DNA from: an uncultured virus (IMG/VR IMGVR_UViG_3300028800_000079)
Lineage: Duplodnaviria > Heunggongvirae > Uroviricota > Caudoviricetes
Length of the DNA: 64,000 nucleotides
Virus record (IMG/VR): IMGVR_UViG_3300028800_000079
Strand: one strand, 5' to 3'
Part shown: one piece after another, positions 9,050 to 20,584 of the stretch
How positions within the stretch are numbered: position 1 is the stretch's first letter
Layout: the number at the start of each line of letters is the position of its first letter
Notes under the pieces: generated by a model
Told to the model about the DNA's origin: nothing
Databases searched by the model: none
What the model saw: only the letters and a program-made list of their open reading frames with translations
Translations under genes and position numbers: made by a program

Positions 9050-12000
9050 GTGAACGGAAGAGACGAAACCACGGGCGATCTTGCTGGTCTGCTCGCACTC
9101 GCAGAAGCCGCCGAGTCGGGTTCCTGGGACGTCGTGCCCGAGCAAGCCGAGGAGTTCTATGGCGAGTACCACTCGCTCAACGCCAACGGTGGCATGTTCC
9201 TGCCCGACGAGCAGGTTGCCTTCATCGCGGCCTTCTCGCCTGAGCTGGCGGTTGCCCTGATCCGCGCCGTCCAAGCCGCACAGACGGTCGCACCGTTCTT
9301 GCCGCCGATGCACCGCGAAGCCTTGAACCGCTACCTCGCCCCGTTTGCTGCTTCGGAAGGAGAGGCGTCGTGATCGCGGCTCTGTACCCGCGCGGAGACT
9401 GGGAGTGGTTCGGCGTGCCCGCGCATCTGATCGTCTCGCAGGATTGCCGCTTCCACCTCGCCACGCTCGTCGGCCCCTGGGTCGTTTCCACCGTCGGTGA
9501 ATGGCTGCCCGACTCGAACAGTTGGGACATCTTTGCGAAGACGCGCGGCGTGCAGCTCGAAGGTCGCGGCGACACGCGACGTGCTGACTTCTTGAACAGG
9601 GTCGGTTGGGTTGAGATCGGCGCGGATCGCACCTACGAGACGATGGTGTTACGGGCCACCGGGAAGCGGTGCGAGAACGCCGACTGCGGTTGCGGACTCC
9701 CGGAGTGGGGCGGGCCGGAACTCGACTTTGACGGCTACAACGACCGGGGGGCGGCGCAGCGCGGCCACTACGCGATGTGCGAACGATGGGCCGCTGCTGC
9801 TGCTTCGGAAGGAGACACGGCGTGAAACCCGGAGCGGTCACGGCGTTACTCCTGCTCGGAACCATCTTCGGAGCGTCCATTGTTGGCAACGCATGGGGAA
9901 TGACCTTGATCTACCAACGCTCCGGGATACTGCTCCTCGGGATTGTCGGAGTGTTTCAAGTGCTGGCGCTTATCGCGTTGCTCGTCGTCTTGTTTTGTGA
10001 GGCTTTGGAAGGAGACGCGGCGTGACCGGCGTTGAGGCACACATCGAAACGATCCGCCGCGTGAACGATCTTTTGCGGAGCCTCGGGAACAAGCGGGCTG
10101 CCGATCATGCGGACAAGGCGCTCGCTGCGGTGGCGGTTCGCTGCGCCCAACTCGAAGCCGTCTACGAAGCCGCGATCATTCTCAAGAACGAGGGCCGAGC
10201 CGAGCCGCTTCACAACGCTCTGCGCGCGGCCACAAGTGTGCCCCCTGTACGTACGAGCGACCTCGAACCAGCGGTGGCCTCTAAGCCCTGCCCTGGCGAG
10301 GCGTCCGGCGAAGGTAACGAGCCGGAGGCAGGGGGCACAGATTCGCTCGCGGCTGTTTCGTCCGAGACGGCTGTGGGTGTGTCCGCCGACCCGCCACCGC
10401 CCGAGGACGACTTGCTGCCGTGTTCTTGCCATGCAGCCGACCTCGATCCGTACTGCCCGCGTCACACGCCGCTGCCTGGCGTTGTCCCGCCCGTACCGCC
10501 AGAGGCCGAACCGAAGGAGACGAAATGGGCTTGAAGCGCACCACGTCAATCAAGGAGTTGCAGCGCGAGTTCGCCAGCATCAAGACCACCGTTGCCGGAG
10601 ACACGCGCTTTGGCGCTCAGGCGATCCTGTTCATCGCGGAACGGCTCACCAACATCGAGGCGCTTTTGGAGAAGGGCGCCGCGAAGAAGAAGCGTCAGCC
10701 GACCGAGTGGCAGCGGTTCTTCGCGGCCGGAATGAAGAAGGGTAAGACGGCGGCTGAGATCGGGTCCGAGTGGCGGTCGAAGAAGTCGTGACGCCCGCGC
10801 CCGTACCGCCAGAGGACGCAACATGAGCGCCGGGGATCGCGTCGTGCTGATCGCCCCGCATCCGTGGGCGTCGTACTCCGGGGTGATCGTCGGCTCCTGG
10901 CCTGGCCGCGAGTGCGACTGGCTCGTGGCGCTCGACAACGGAACGAACGTCGGCGCGAACTCGGGCCGAGCTTCACGCGCCTGCCTCGGTTCGGGGTGTC
11001 CCGCCAACCCGCGAAAGGAACAAACCGTGAGCGCCGCGATGGAGCAGAAGCTCGTTGTGACGTTCTACGCCGACCGGGAGACGGCACTGGCGTTCATGGA
11101 GTACCTACGGATCGCGGCTGAGGCGTTCGCCGCGCCGAGGTCGAGCGATGCCGCGTCGGCGCTGTTCACTCTTGGTGCCGAGGCCGTCGTCCGGGCGGCT
11201 GCGTCGTGACCGGCACAGACAACGTGAACGTGTGGGGCGAGACAAGGGAACAGGCACGCGACCGACGCCGCGCTCAGGCCGTCCTCGTCGCGTACTTGAA
11301 GTCAGACCTGTACGAGCGCATCCCCACTCCGGGCGACGACGACGGGATGACGTGGGAGTCGCCGCTGAAGTGGCGGGTCAGGATTTCCGCGCCGGGGCCG
11401 CGCGTCGAGATCATCGACCCGCGCGGAGAGCCGTTCGCTGACTACGTGGATGTAGACGGCTACGAGTTGGAGAAGGTGCTGCCGTGACCGGCACAGACAA
11501 CACACGCAAGCCGACGCACCGCTGCCCGAAGTGCGGCCACACCGCCTACTTTGAGATCACGTCCGGCAAGCAGTTCCTCGCGGGCGAACCGATCATCGGC
11601 TGTCCCGGCTGCGGCACGGTCATGGAGAAGGCACGGCGGTTGCGGGCGGTGTCTCGTGGCTGACCGGGCACAGGAGCGGCAGGAGATGCGCTACACGGTC
11701 GTCATCGCTTCGACTTCCGAGCAGGCTCATCTCATCGCTAGGCGTGAGCGTCTGCGTCGGTGGAAACCCGCGACCCGCGCCGAGCATCTGCGCGGGTATG
11801 GCCCGGAGTGCAGGTTTATCCAGGTTGAGCCGCCGCTGACGGATGATGCAGCGTTCTATGGGGCGCTGGACGAACTTCGCCGTCTCAAAGCTAAGGGCGC
11901 ACAAGTGGAGTTGGTCTACACATGAGCGCCGCTGACCGGGCACAGGAAGCACGCGAACGGGCGGAACGGCTAGCGGGTCGTCTGTCGATGCCGCCGCTCA

Positions 12001-12833
12001 CCCCTGACGAGTTCGCTGAGGGCGTCGATGTGATCTTCGACCTCTTGAAGTTCGCGGCTGCCGAGACGGAACGCGCCAACGTGCTGGACGCCGCGCGCAT
12101 CCTGGCCGAACAGCGGGAAGCCGAAACCGAGGAGCAGCGGGCCGTCCTCGAAGACGCGCTACGGCAGGAGCCGGACAAGTGGTCGTTCGCGGGCCTGCTC
12201 ACCATTGCGGAACTCATCCTCGCCGCCGACTACCCGCCCGACATCTTCACGGGCGCATCTGGAGATCCCGGCCCGCGCTTCCTCGTGGCTCTGCGGGAAG
12301 CCGTCGCCGAGTGCCGCGCGTTGGCTGCTGCTTCGTCCGGTACCGAGGCGGCAAACGAATGAGCGCGCGGGAGGTCGAGATCCGCTTCGGAGCGATGGGG
12401 GTCTGCGCCTTCATGTTCTGGCTTACGCACATCTGCGGCTGGTTCGAACGGCTCGGCGGCTGGACGTGGATGCTCGGGTCTGCGGTTATCGGCGAGCTCA
12501 TATCTTTCGTAGCTGCTCTCGTCCAGTCCTGTCGCGTGTCCGGCTCCGAGGAAACCACATGACCGCCGCTGCGCGTCTGTCTGCGGACACACCGCCGGAG
12601 AAGCCGTGACCAGGAAAGAGCGGCACCTGACCGCGCTCGACCTCGCGGAGAAGTTCCTCTCTGGCGATCCCGACGCCCGTTCCAAGACGGAGACGCTGGA
12701 AGCTGTGAGCCACGCGCTCGGTGGCCCGTGCCCCGCATGGTGGGCAGAGCACGTCTACGAAGAGCGCGCGATCCGACGCGAGAACCGCGAAGAGCGGCGG
12801 TCTGCGGACACACCGGAGCGCCCCGAGCCGTGA
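9050..12833 (+). other. Operon of about 12-14 small hypothetical genes (e.g. 9050-9373, 9370-9825, 9822-10025, 10022-10534, 10525-10791, 11206-11487, 11922-12362, 12359-12562, 12606-12833)
   Basis: Consecutive ORFs with GTGA/ATGA overlaps and GGAG RBS; no recognisable domains. Confidence 0.6.
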
Positions 12834-13468
12834 AGGTGAGCGTTGTCGTGGCGACGTGCGGGGGCCAGGAGTGGGCCGACCTCGCAGCGTCTTGGGCCGT
12901 CCCGAGCGTCGAAGGACAAGGCGCGGACGAAGTGGTCGTGCGGCACTACCCGGACTGTGGGGTGGCCGAGGCCCGGAACCGCGCCGTCGAGGAAGCGACC
13001 GGCGATTGGGTGATTCACCTCGACGCTGACGACCAGTTGTGTGACGGGTACGTGGACGCGATGCGGGCCGCTCACGCCAGCGTGACGGGCGACGCCCTGT
13101 TCGTGCCCGCGCTCGGACTGTGCGACCCTGACGGTGTGTGTCTGACGGCTCCGCGGATCCCGGACTGGGACCGCTGGCCCGACCTCAACTGCTGCGTGAT
13201 CGGGACGATGGTGCCGCGCGCCCTGCTCCTGGAGGTTGGCGGCTTCCCGCCGGATCCTGTCTTCGAGGACTACGCGGCCTTTCTCGCGATGGCGGCTCGC
13301 GGGGCGCGGCTTGTCCCAGTCCCGGACGCCGTCTACTGCGCCACCCGCAACCCGCAAGGACGCAACCTCGCCCCGCTCGAAGTCCGGCAGGCGACCTATG
13401 ACGCGATCCGGGCGCGGTTCGACATGGCCGCGATCCCCCGCAACCCGCCGCTTGTCACGCCCGCGTGA
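12830..13468 (+). CDS. Glycosyltransferase family 2
   Basis: KVSVVVAT, AEARNRAVEEATGDWVIHLDADD, VGGF and FED motifs. Confidence 0.85.
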   Translation: MKVSVVVATCGGQEWADLAASWAVPSVEGQGADEVVVRHYPDCGVAEARNRAVEEATGDWVIHLDADDQLCDGYVDAMRAAHASVTGDALFVPALGLCDPDGVCLTAPRIPDWDRWPDLNCCVIGTMVPRALLLEVGGFPPDPVFEDYAAFLAMAARGARLVPVPDAVYCATRNPQGRNLAPLEVRQATYDAIRARFDMAAIPRNPPLVTPA

Positions 13469-13492
13469 ATCGGGTTCCGATGTTGTTGCGGG

Positions 13493-13522
13493 TTGACCCC
13501 CCACCCCCGATTCGTATAGCCT
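13493..13522 (+). promoter_or_regulatory. Sigma-A-type promoter, leaderless
   Basis: TTGACC-18-TAGCCT; ATG at 13529; contains TCGTATAGC. Confidence 0.6.
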
Positions 13523-13528
13523 GACGGC

Positions 13529-13795
13529 ATGGCTTCGGAGGACTTCGTAATGGTGGGGTGTTCCTGGGACTCCGGGCCGTTCTCGACATTCTGGGAATCC
13601 GATCGGAAGACCCACAAGATCGAGGGGCCGGGTGGCTACGGAGAGAACGTCGTCCCGATACCGCGCGTCGTCTGGGATCGCTATTGCGCGGCCAGGGAGG
13701 AACTAGATGAAGCGGAGTCCGCTCTAGGGGACGCGGAGCAGGCGTATCTCGATGAAGCGCGTCCCGCTGATCCGCGATGGGCCAATCGTGGCTGA
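13529..13795 (+). CDS. Hypothetical protein
   Basis: ORF starting 6 nt after a promoter -10 box. Confidence 0.55.
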   Translation: MASEDFVMVGCSWDSGPFSTFWESDRKTHKIEGPGGYGENVVPIPRVVWDRYCAAREELDEAESALGDAEQAYLDEARPADPRWANRG

Positions 13796-14480
13796 CGCCT
13801 TCTCCTACCGCCTTGTGTGCTTGACGCACGGCGCAAGCGAAACCCTGGCGGCGTCGTTGCGTGCGTTTGCGAAGCTCGCTACCCCCGCACCCGCCGAAAC
13901 CGTGATCGTCGTAGACGGCCGCTCGGATTGGGAAGTCTTCGACAGGCTCATAGCCGACCACCCGCCATGCTTCGACATGGCAGTCGTAAAGGAATCCGCG
14001 CTCCAGGAAGGGTTCTGTAAGGCGACGGCGCGAGCGTGGACGGAGGCCGCCCGCGAAGGCGTCGAGTGGAGCTTCTACCTAGAGGGGGACTTCACGCTGA
14101 TGCGCCCCCTCGACGTGTCCGCGATGGCGGCTGTCCTCACGGAGGAGGAAGGTGTCGCGCAGATGGTGTTGAAGCGGCAGGCCGTGAACGCGCAGGAGAT
14201 CGCGGCGGGCGGCCTGATGGAGGCACGGCCGGGCGAGTTCGAGCAGCGCGAAACGTTCGGCCTCCCTTGGGCGATTCAGCGCAGCTTCCTAAGCACGAAT
14301 CCGTTCCTGTCGTCGCGCGACTGGTTCGAGCAGCACCCGTGGCCCGACTACCCCGAGAACTGCGAGGGCTTGTTCGGGGCCGACCTTCGAGCCGACGGGT
14401 GGGCGTTCGGGATGTGGGGCAAGATCGGGGACGCGCCGCTTGTGGAGCATGTTGGTGTCCGGACAGGCACGGGATACTGA
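13752..14480 (+). CDS. Glycosyltransferase-like protein (GT-A fold)
   Basis: FYLEGDF (DxD-like), STNP and VEHVG; apparent paralog of 18300-18971. Confidence 0.6.
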   Translation: MKRVPLIRDGPIVADAFSYRLVCLTHGASETLAASLRAFAKLATPAPAETVIVVDGRSDWEVFDRLIADHPPCFDMAVVKESALQEGFCKATARAWTEAAREGVEWSFYLEGDFTLMRPLDVSAMAAVLTEEEGVAQMVLKRQAVNAQEIAAGGLMEARPGEFEQRETFGLPWAIQRSFLSTNPFLSSRDWFEQHPWPDYPENCEGLFGADLRADGWAFGMWGKIGDAPLVEHVGVRTGTGY

Positions 14481-14734
14481 TGCCGTATGCGGACAAGGAA
14501 CGCCAACGCGCCTACAATCGTGAGTGGTGGAAGCGCGCAGGCCGCGTGTATTCGGACGGACCTCTCGCCCGCGAAATCGAAGCCACTGTTAGATCGCACG
14601 GACCAATCGGGCCAGCCGAGATCGTCAAGGTGATTGGACGTTCGACGCCGAACAGCGTTGGCGTCGCGCTTCACCATCTCCGCGCTAACGGTCGGGTAGA
14701 GCGCATCGGGTATGGCAAGTGGGTGTCGGTGTGA
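14480..14734 (+). CDS. Small protein, possibly winged-helix
   Basis: MPYADKERQRAY N-terminus; PAEIVKVIG...SVGVALHHL...GRVERIGYGKW resembles wHTH. Confidence 0.45.
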   Translation: MPYADKERQRAYNREWWKRAGRVYSDGPLAREIEATVRSHGPIGPAEIVKVIGRSTPNSVGVALHHLRANGRVERIGYGKWVSV

Positions 14735-15035
14735 TCGGGGAGCCGTCACGCGGGAGGGAATCGGGGTCCGATGTGACGCTCGGCCCGCAAGCCAGCGTGC
14801 TCCTCAAGTTGCTGCGCGCCCCAATGACCGCTACCGAACTCCAGGTGATCGTCCGGGACCGGCTCAGGTGCGGGCCGGAGGTGCCGGACACGGAGGAGGG
14901 GATGGCGTGGCTTGTCGCGCTCGACGCGTTGGACGAGTCCGGGGTCGAGGGGCTGCTGCTCAGGTTGGGCCGGTTGGCGGAGGTTGGCCTGGTCCGTTCG
15001 GTGGGCCTGGACGAGGCGGCGTTGTGGTGGCCCGC

Positions 15036-15064
15036 TTGACTCTCGTATAGCAGGCTGCTAGGGT
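15036..15064 (+). promoter_or_regulatory. Sigma-A-type promoter, leaderless
   Basis: TTGACT-17-TAGGGT; ATG at 15071; spacer almost identical to the promoter at 9014. Confidence 0.7.
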
Positions 15065-15070
15065 TGGGGT

Positions 15071-16841
15071 ATGAGCGAAATCCCGTACGACACAGCAGAA
15101 CTCCACCGAAACGCGAACGACGCCTGGTTCGGGCCGCCCGTGCCGGTGGCGGGCGAGCCGCGCTACCGCGTCTACCTCGTCTACCGTGACGGGGTACGCC
15201 GCTGGGCGTCGAACGGCTGGTGGCCCACCATCGAGGCCGCCCTCGCGGAACGCGACAAGGAGAGGGAGGCGCACCTGATCGACGGGTACGACTTCCGGCT
15301 TGTCCATATCGCGGTGTGCGACATGGACGACCCTGAACGCGGAGACATTGAGGAGGCCGACGCATGACCGACACGGCGTATCTGACGCAGGACGGGTTGA
15401 GCGAGTTCGACCTCGCCCACCTCACAGCGATCATCCGGGAGGACTTCGGGGACTGGTACCACGCGCGGCTGATGCGGGCGCTGCACAAGCTCGTGCCGCA
15501 CGCCGACTCCGAGAACATGGCACGCCTGGAAGGGGCGTACCCTGGGAGTGTCGCGGCGTATCGGATCTGGTACAACGACCCGACGGTCGAGGGGAGGGCG
15601 TCGTGACGTTCTGGGCGTCGTACGACTACTGGAACCGGAGCCAGCCAGCGAACAGGATCACGGCGAGCGGGTGGGTGCGGGAACGGCGCGAACTCCGGGA
15701 ATGGGCTAGGCCGTTCAAGTCGCTCCCGTCGTTTGAGGCTAGCGTCTGGACTGAGGCTGTCGCGCTCGCCCGCCGCCTGTACGAGGAGGAGACCGGCCTG
15801 CCGTGGTGGACGTACAGGTTCTTCGACGGGTACGAGGCTGCGCCCTCTCTGTCCGAGCGTCCTGTCCCGTTGCGGCTCCTGGAAGACCTCGGGATCAAGC
15901 CGTGAGCGACCTTGCAGCAACCATTGAGCGCGCTCGGTTGGTACGCGAGGACTGTCGAGAAGATGCGGCGGCTCTTGACACGACGCCGTTTACTGGCGCA
16001 GCTCTCGGTCCCGTGTTCGGCAACATGCTCGCGCAGATTGCCGCTATCGCGAAAGTGTTGTGAGGAACTCGCGGAAGCGATCCAGCAGGGCGGCAGGCCA
16101 TGATCGAACGGCAGAAGGCGGTGTTTTACTGCGAGCACTGCCGCAAGCATGGCCTTTCACGGTACGCGATGGAGCAGCATGAGAGGCTTTGCACTCTGAA
16201 CCCGCTACGGGCTTGTCGATGGGGAGGCCCACACTCGTTCGACTACGCGCGCCTCGCAGCCGAGTTCGCCGCGCACGCCCCATGCGGCACCGAAGACATC
16301 CTCACCGTCCACGACGAAGTAAACGGCTGCCCGGCGTGCATGCTCGCGGTGTTCCGTCAGTCAGGTGTCGAGTACCACTACGGCGAGAGGGGCGAGAACC
16401 TGTGGGACTACAAGGAGGAAGTCGAACGCTACCGCGCGCTGGAACGCGAAGAGAGGATGGCCGATCAATGGTGAGCTTTGCTGAGGCTCATCCTGTCTTG
16501 GCTGCCCTTCAGAAAGCCCACTACGAATGGGCGCGACGGTTTTGCCCGTGGACGCTGACGCCGTGGCTGGACGACGAGGAGAAAGACGCCGACGAGTGGC
16601 CCCGGTAGCGGACCGGCTGGTCGTGGTGGCGCTCAACCCGCAAGGCACCGTCAACCGCTGCCTCGTCCATCTCCCCGCCCCCACGATCCCGAACGGGCTC
16701 GGCTACGACACGCCGTTTATGCCCGGCCAGTTCGCGCCCTCACGGTGGCGCAGTGTGTGTGGCGTGGAGGGACTCGTCTACAACCATGCGGGAGCGTTCG
16801 AGGGTGTCCCCGTCTGCCCCGCGTGCCGGGAGCGGACGTGA
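15071..16841 (+). other. Operon of small hypothetical genes (15071-15367, 15364-15606, 16100-16474 and others)
   Basis: Coupled small ORFs after a promoter; no recognisable domains. Confidence 0.55.
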
Positions 16842-17500
16842 TCTCGGAGGTGTGGACGCCCGCGCTCGGCCGCAAGGTGCATCTCCGCGAAGGAACCTCG
16901 GATAGGCAGACGTGGGCTGACGTGTTCACCGGCCTCTACCACGTTCCTCCTTCCGACATGCCCGCGCCGACGAGCGTTCTGGATCTCGGCAGTAACGTCG
17001 GGCTCACGGCGGCGCACTACCAGACGATGTGGCCCGACGCCCGGATCGTCGCCGTCGAGATGGACGAGGGGAACGCCGCGATGATCGCCAGGAACGCCCC
17101 GTCAGTCACGGTGCTGAACGCGGCCGTATCGGCGGAGGGCGGCTGGGGCGCGTACAACCCGGACCTGCCGGAGGAGGCGTTCGCGTTCTCATGGCATGGC
17201 GACACGGGCCGCATGGTCGCGAGCTACCGGCTCCGCCAGATCATCCACCGCTACATCGGCGAGCAGGGCGTGGACTTCGTGAAGATGGACGTTGAAAGTG
17301 AAGAGTGGGCGATCTTCGATCACGACCTCACGAGCGCGCGCCCGTGGGCTCCGCTCGTCCGCCACCTCCTGGTCGAGTTGCACGGGCCGGGCGGCTCGGA
17401 GGCGCTGATCGAGCAGGCCGTCTCTGTCTTGGACGCGCTTGGCTTCGACGCGCGCCACCATCCGCCGCACCCGCAAGCCGTGTACGCGGAACGCCGATGA
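16838..17500 (+). CDS. FkbM-family methyltransferase
   Basis: VLDLGSNVG SAM motif, VAVE, NAAV and FVKMDVESEE. Confidence 0.85.
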   Translation: MISEVWTPALGRKVHLREGTSDRQTWADVFTGLYHVPPSDMPAPTSVLDLGSNVGLTAAHYQTMWPDARIVAVEMDEGNAAMIARNAPSVTVLNAAVSAEGGWGAYNPDLPEEAFAFSWHGDTGRMVASYRLRQIIHRYIGEQGVDFVKMDVESEEWAIFDHDLTSARPWAPLVRHLLVELHGPGGSEALIEQAVSVLDALGFDARHHPPHPQAVYAERR

Positions 17501-18288
17501 GCGTCGCCGCGGTCATGGTGGCACGGGACGAGGCGGATATCGTGGAGGCGACGGTACGGCACGCGCTCTGGTATGTGGACGAGCTGATCTGCGCCGACCA
17601 CCGCAGCATCGACGGGACACGCGACATTCTCGCGGGGCTGCCGGTGACGTTGTTCGACGTGACGGAGCGCGGCTTCGACGGGGACAGCATCTGGACGTGG
17701 CTCGCCCGCGAAGCACACGCGCGAGGGCACGACTGGCTGCTTGTGAACGACGCCGACGACATCTGGCACGTCAACTCAGAACTGGACATCCCGGTCCGCG
17801 AGTATCTCGCCACCCTGGACGAACAGGTGCTGGTCGTGTCCGGGGACTCCACCAACCAGATCCCCACCTCGGGAGACGACGACGAGGAGACGAACCCGGT
17901 GTTGCGGATCGTGTGGCGCGACCGTGATCCGGACGCGGCGAAGGTTGCGTGCCGGTTGCGGCCCGACTTTTCGTACGGCAGACACGGCGGCTGGTACGGC
18001 GGCGTGATGAAGCGGCCCGACATCTTTCGCGGCCTCGCCGTCCGTCACTTCACGATCCGCACCGCGGAGCAGCTCGTCCGGAAGGTGCGGGACGGGATGG
18101 ACGGGATGAGCGTCGAAGCCGGGATGCCCGAAGGGTTCGATGAGTCGTGGGGCCAGTGGAAAGGACTCACGGACGACGACATCCGCGCCCGCTTCTATGA
18201 GCGGTTTTGGTCGGACGATCCGGACCGGGGCGGGCTCGTGTACGACCCGGCACCGTGGCGGGACGGGCTCGCCGTCACGCCGGAGTGA
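17497..18288 (+). CDS. Glycosyltransferase family 2-like
   Basis: MVARDEADIV, DHRSIDGT, WLLVNDADD and RHF. Confidence 0.8.
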   Translation: MSVAAVMVARDEADIVEATVRHALWYVDELICADHRSIDGTRDILAGLPVTLFDVTERGFDGDSIWTWLAREAHARGHDWLLVNDADDIWHVNSELDIPVREYLATLDEQVLVVSGDSTNQIPTSGDDDEETNPVLRIVWRDRDPDAAKVACRLRPDFSYGRHGGWYGGVMKRPDIFRGLAVRHFTIRTAEQLVRKVRDGMDGMSVEAGMPEGFDESWGQWKGLTDDDIRARFYERFWSDDPDRGGLVYDPAPWRDGLAVTPE

Positions 18289-18299
18289 AACGGGAACCG

Positions 18300-18971
18300 A
18301 TGGACTACATCTTGACGCTACTCACGAACGGGCGCACGGAAGTGTTCGAGCGGACACTGGCCGCGTTCGCGGAGCTTGTGACGCCGAAGCCCGCAGCGGT
18401 GTACGTGTTCGATGACGGCCACCAGTCCGACGCCGAACTGATGGTGAACGAGACGCTAGGGGTGGAGTGCTTCTACGACTCGGCCCCCAACCCGCTCGGC
18501 ATGTGCCGGGCGCACGCGCAGTGCCATTACGCTGCCGCCCACTCCGGCTACGACTGGGCGTGGCATCAGGAGGACGATCAACTCCTGCTCCGCCCCGTCA
18601 ACCTGAACGATCTCGCCGCGCTCATGGACACACAGACACACTTGGCGCAGGTCGCGCTCGTTCGTGCCCCCTGGAACCGCGAGGTCCCGTTCGGCGGATA
18701 TATTCCTCAGTCGCCCGGCTGGTATATACGCTGCCGCGACGATCGTTTCGAGTGGATCGAGACGACCCGGAACTGGGCCACGTCACCGGCGCTGATGCGG
18801 ACGAGTCTGCTGCGCGAGTTTTCGTGGCCGGAGCAGGCGGGCTGCGAAACGGCTTACGGCCCGACGATCCTTGACGCCGACCCGGATGCGCGGTTCGCGC
18901 TCTACGGCGGCGGCGAAGCATGGTATGCGCACGTCGGCAAGGAGCGCAGCCAGGCCGCGTTCGGGTACTGA
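18300..18971 (+). CDS. Glycosyltransferase-like protein
   Basis: VYVFDD, WHQEDD and HVG; apparent paralog of 13752-14480. Confidence 0.65.
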   Translation: MDYILTLLTNGRTEVFERTLAAFAELVTPKPAAVYVFDDGHQSDAELMVNETLGVECFYDSAPNPLGMCRAHAQCHYAAAHSGYDWAWHQEDDQLLLRPVNLNDLAALMDTQTHLAQVALVRAPWNREVPFGGYIPQSPGWYIRCRDDRFEWIETTRNWATSPALMRTSLLREFSWPEQAGCETAYGPTILDADPDARFALYGGGEAWYAHVGKERSQAAFGY

Positions 18972-19582
18972 TGGCGAACCGTCTGATCGTTGTCTCCCCG
19001 CATCTCGATGATGCGGCGTTTTCGTGCGGCTCGTTCATCGCCGCCACGTCGCTCATTGTCCCTGTCGTCGTCGTGACGGTGTTCGCCGGGTTGCCTCCGG
19101 AACGGACGAAGGCTGGCCCGGTGGACAAAGCGGCCGGGTTCAAGACAGCAAGGGAGGCTGTGTCGCAGCGACGCCGCGAGGACGCGAAAGCGTGCCGGAT
19201 GCTCGGCGCTTCCCACCTGCACCTGGACATCGTGGAGGAGCAGTACGCCGCCACCCAACCCGACAGGCTGAAACGCCTAGACGCGGCCGTCCACTACGTG
19301 CTGGCGGTGGACGGCGTGGTGCTCGCACCGTGGGGGATCCGCCACCCCGACCACCTCCTTGTCGCTCGCGCGTTTCGGGCGTCTGCGAGCTACCTGTATG
19401 AGGAGTTGCCGTACCGTGTCCTGTGGAGCGAAAACCTCCCCCACGACCTCCCGGCCCCCGTCCTGGAGTTGCCTTCGACGGCGATGAAGCAGGCCGCGAT
19501 CCGCTGCTACCGCTCGCAGCTCGGGGACGGCCCTGCGGGGGAGGCCCTGTACGCGGCCGAGCGGTATCACGCCTGCCGATGA
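18971..19582 (+). CDS. PIG-L/LmbE-family deacetylase
   Basis: VSPHLDDAAFSCG, RRRED, HPDH, YEELPY and YRSQL. Confidence 0.85.
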   Translation: MANRLIVVSPHLDDAAFSCGSFIAATSLIVPVVVVTVFAGLPPERTKAGPVDKAAGFKTAREAVSQRRREDAKACRMLGASHLHLDIVEEQYAATQPDRLKRLDAAVHYVLAVDGVVLAPWGIRHPDHLLVARAFRASASYLYEELPYRVLWSENLPHDLPAPVLELPSTAMKQAAIRCYRSQLGDGPAGEALYAAERYHACR

Positions 19583-20544
19583 TCCGGGTAGGGGTAGCCG
19601 GTGCCGGGTACTGGAGTGGCCCGTGGACGCGCGTCCTCCAGGACTCCGACGAGTTCGAGTTAGCCGCCATCGTGGACACCGATGCTGCCCGGCAGGCGCG
19701 AGCACATAGACGCTTCCCGGACGCGACCGATTCCCTCGCGGGGATGGACGCGGTGGTGGTGTTGACGCCGGTGTCGGCGCACTACGAGGTTGCGAGGACG
19801 GCGCTGCTCATGGGGCAGCATGTGATGTGCGCGAAACCGCTCGCGTCGTCTCTCGGGGAGGCTGAGGATCTCGTCGCGCTCGCCGCCGCCCGAGAACTTG
19901 TCCTTGCCACGGATCACACGTTCGTCTATACCGGCGCGGTGAGGGAGGCAAAGCGGCTCTACGACGGCGGGACGCTCGGCAGCCTGCTCTACCTCGACTC
20001 GGTCAGGGTGAACCTGGGCTTGTTCCAGCCGGACGTGGACGTGCTCTGGGACCTCGCCGCACACGACATCTCGATCTTCAACCACCTCCTCGGGTGTGGC
20101 CCCGACATAGTGGCGGCGACCGGCTCCGACCCGCTCGGGCGCGGCAAAGTCTCCGGGGCGCACCTGAACCTGTGGTACGGGAACCTGCTCGCCCACGTCC
20201 ACGTCAACTGGCTCAGTCCCGTCAAAGTCCGGCGCACCCTGATCGCGGGGGACGCGCGGATGATCGTGTACGACGACATGGAACCCACCGAGAAGATCAA
20301 GCTGTACGACTCCGGAGCGATGCCAAGAGAGGGCGCTTTGATGGATTACAGGAGCGGTGACATGCTCGCGCCGAAGCTCGACTTCACGGAGGCGTTGGCT
20401 GTGGAGTGCCGCCATTTCGCGGCGTGCATCCGGGGCGAGACGGTGCCTGTGTCGGGCGGTGTGGAGGGTGTCGCGGTGGTGCGCGTCCTGGAAGCCGCGT
20501 CAGAGAGTTTGGCGGCTGCTGGGCAGCGTGTCACGCTGGCGTGA
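19579..20544 (+). CDS. Gfo/Idh/MocA oxidoreductase (WbpB/WlbA-like)
   Basis: IRVGVAGAGYW, HVMCAKP, VNLGLFQ.DV.VLWDLAAHD and WLSPVKVR. Confidence 0.85.
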   Translation: MIRVGVAGAGYWSGPWTRVLQDSDEFELAAIVDTDAARQARAHRRFPDATDSLAGMDAVVVLTPVSAHYEVARTALLMGQHVMCAKPLASSLGEAEDLVALAAARELVLATDHTFVYTGAVREAKRLYDGGTLGSLLYLDSVRVNLGLFQPDVDVLWDLAAHDISIFNHLLGCGPDIVAATGSDPLGRGKVSGAHLNLWYGNLLAHVHVNWLSPVKVRRTLIAGDARMIVYDDMEPTEKIKLYDSGAMPREGALMDYRSGDMLAPKLDFTEALAVECRHFAACIRGETVPVSGGVEGVAVVRVLEAASESLAAAGQRVTLA

Positions 20545-20547
20545 CGG

Positions 20548-20576
20548 TTGCACCCACCCCCGCTTTCGTATAGCCT
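20548..20576 (+). promoter_or_regulatory. Probable promoter
   Basis: TTGCAC-17-TAGCCT; ATG at 20585; contains TCGTATAGC. Confidence 0.5.
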
Positions 20577-20584
20577 ACTAGCGC

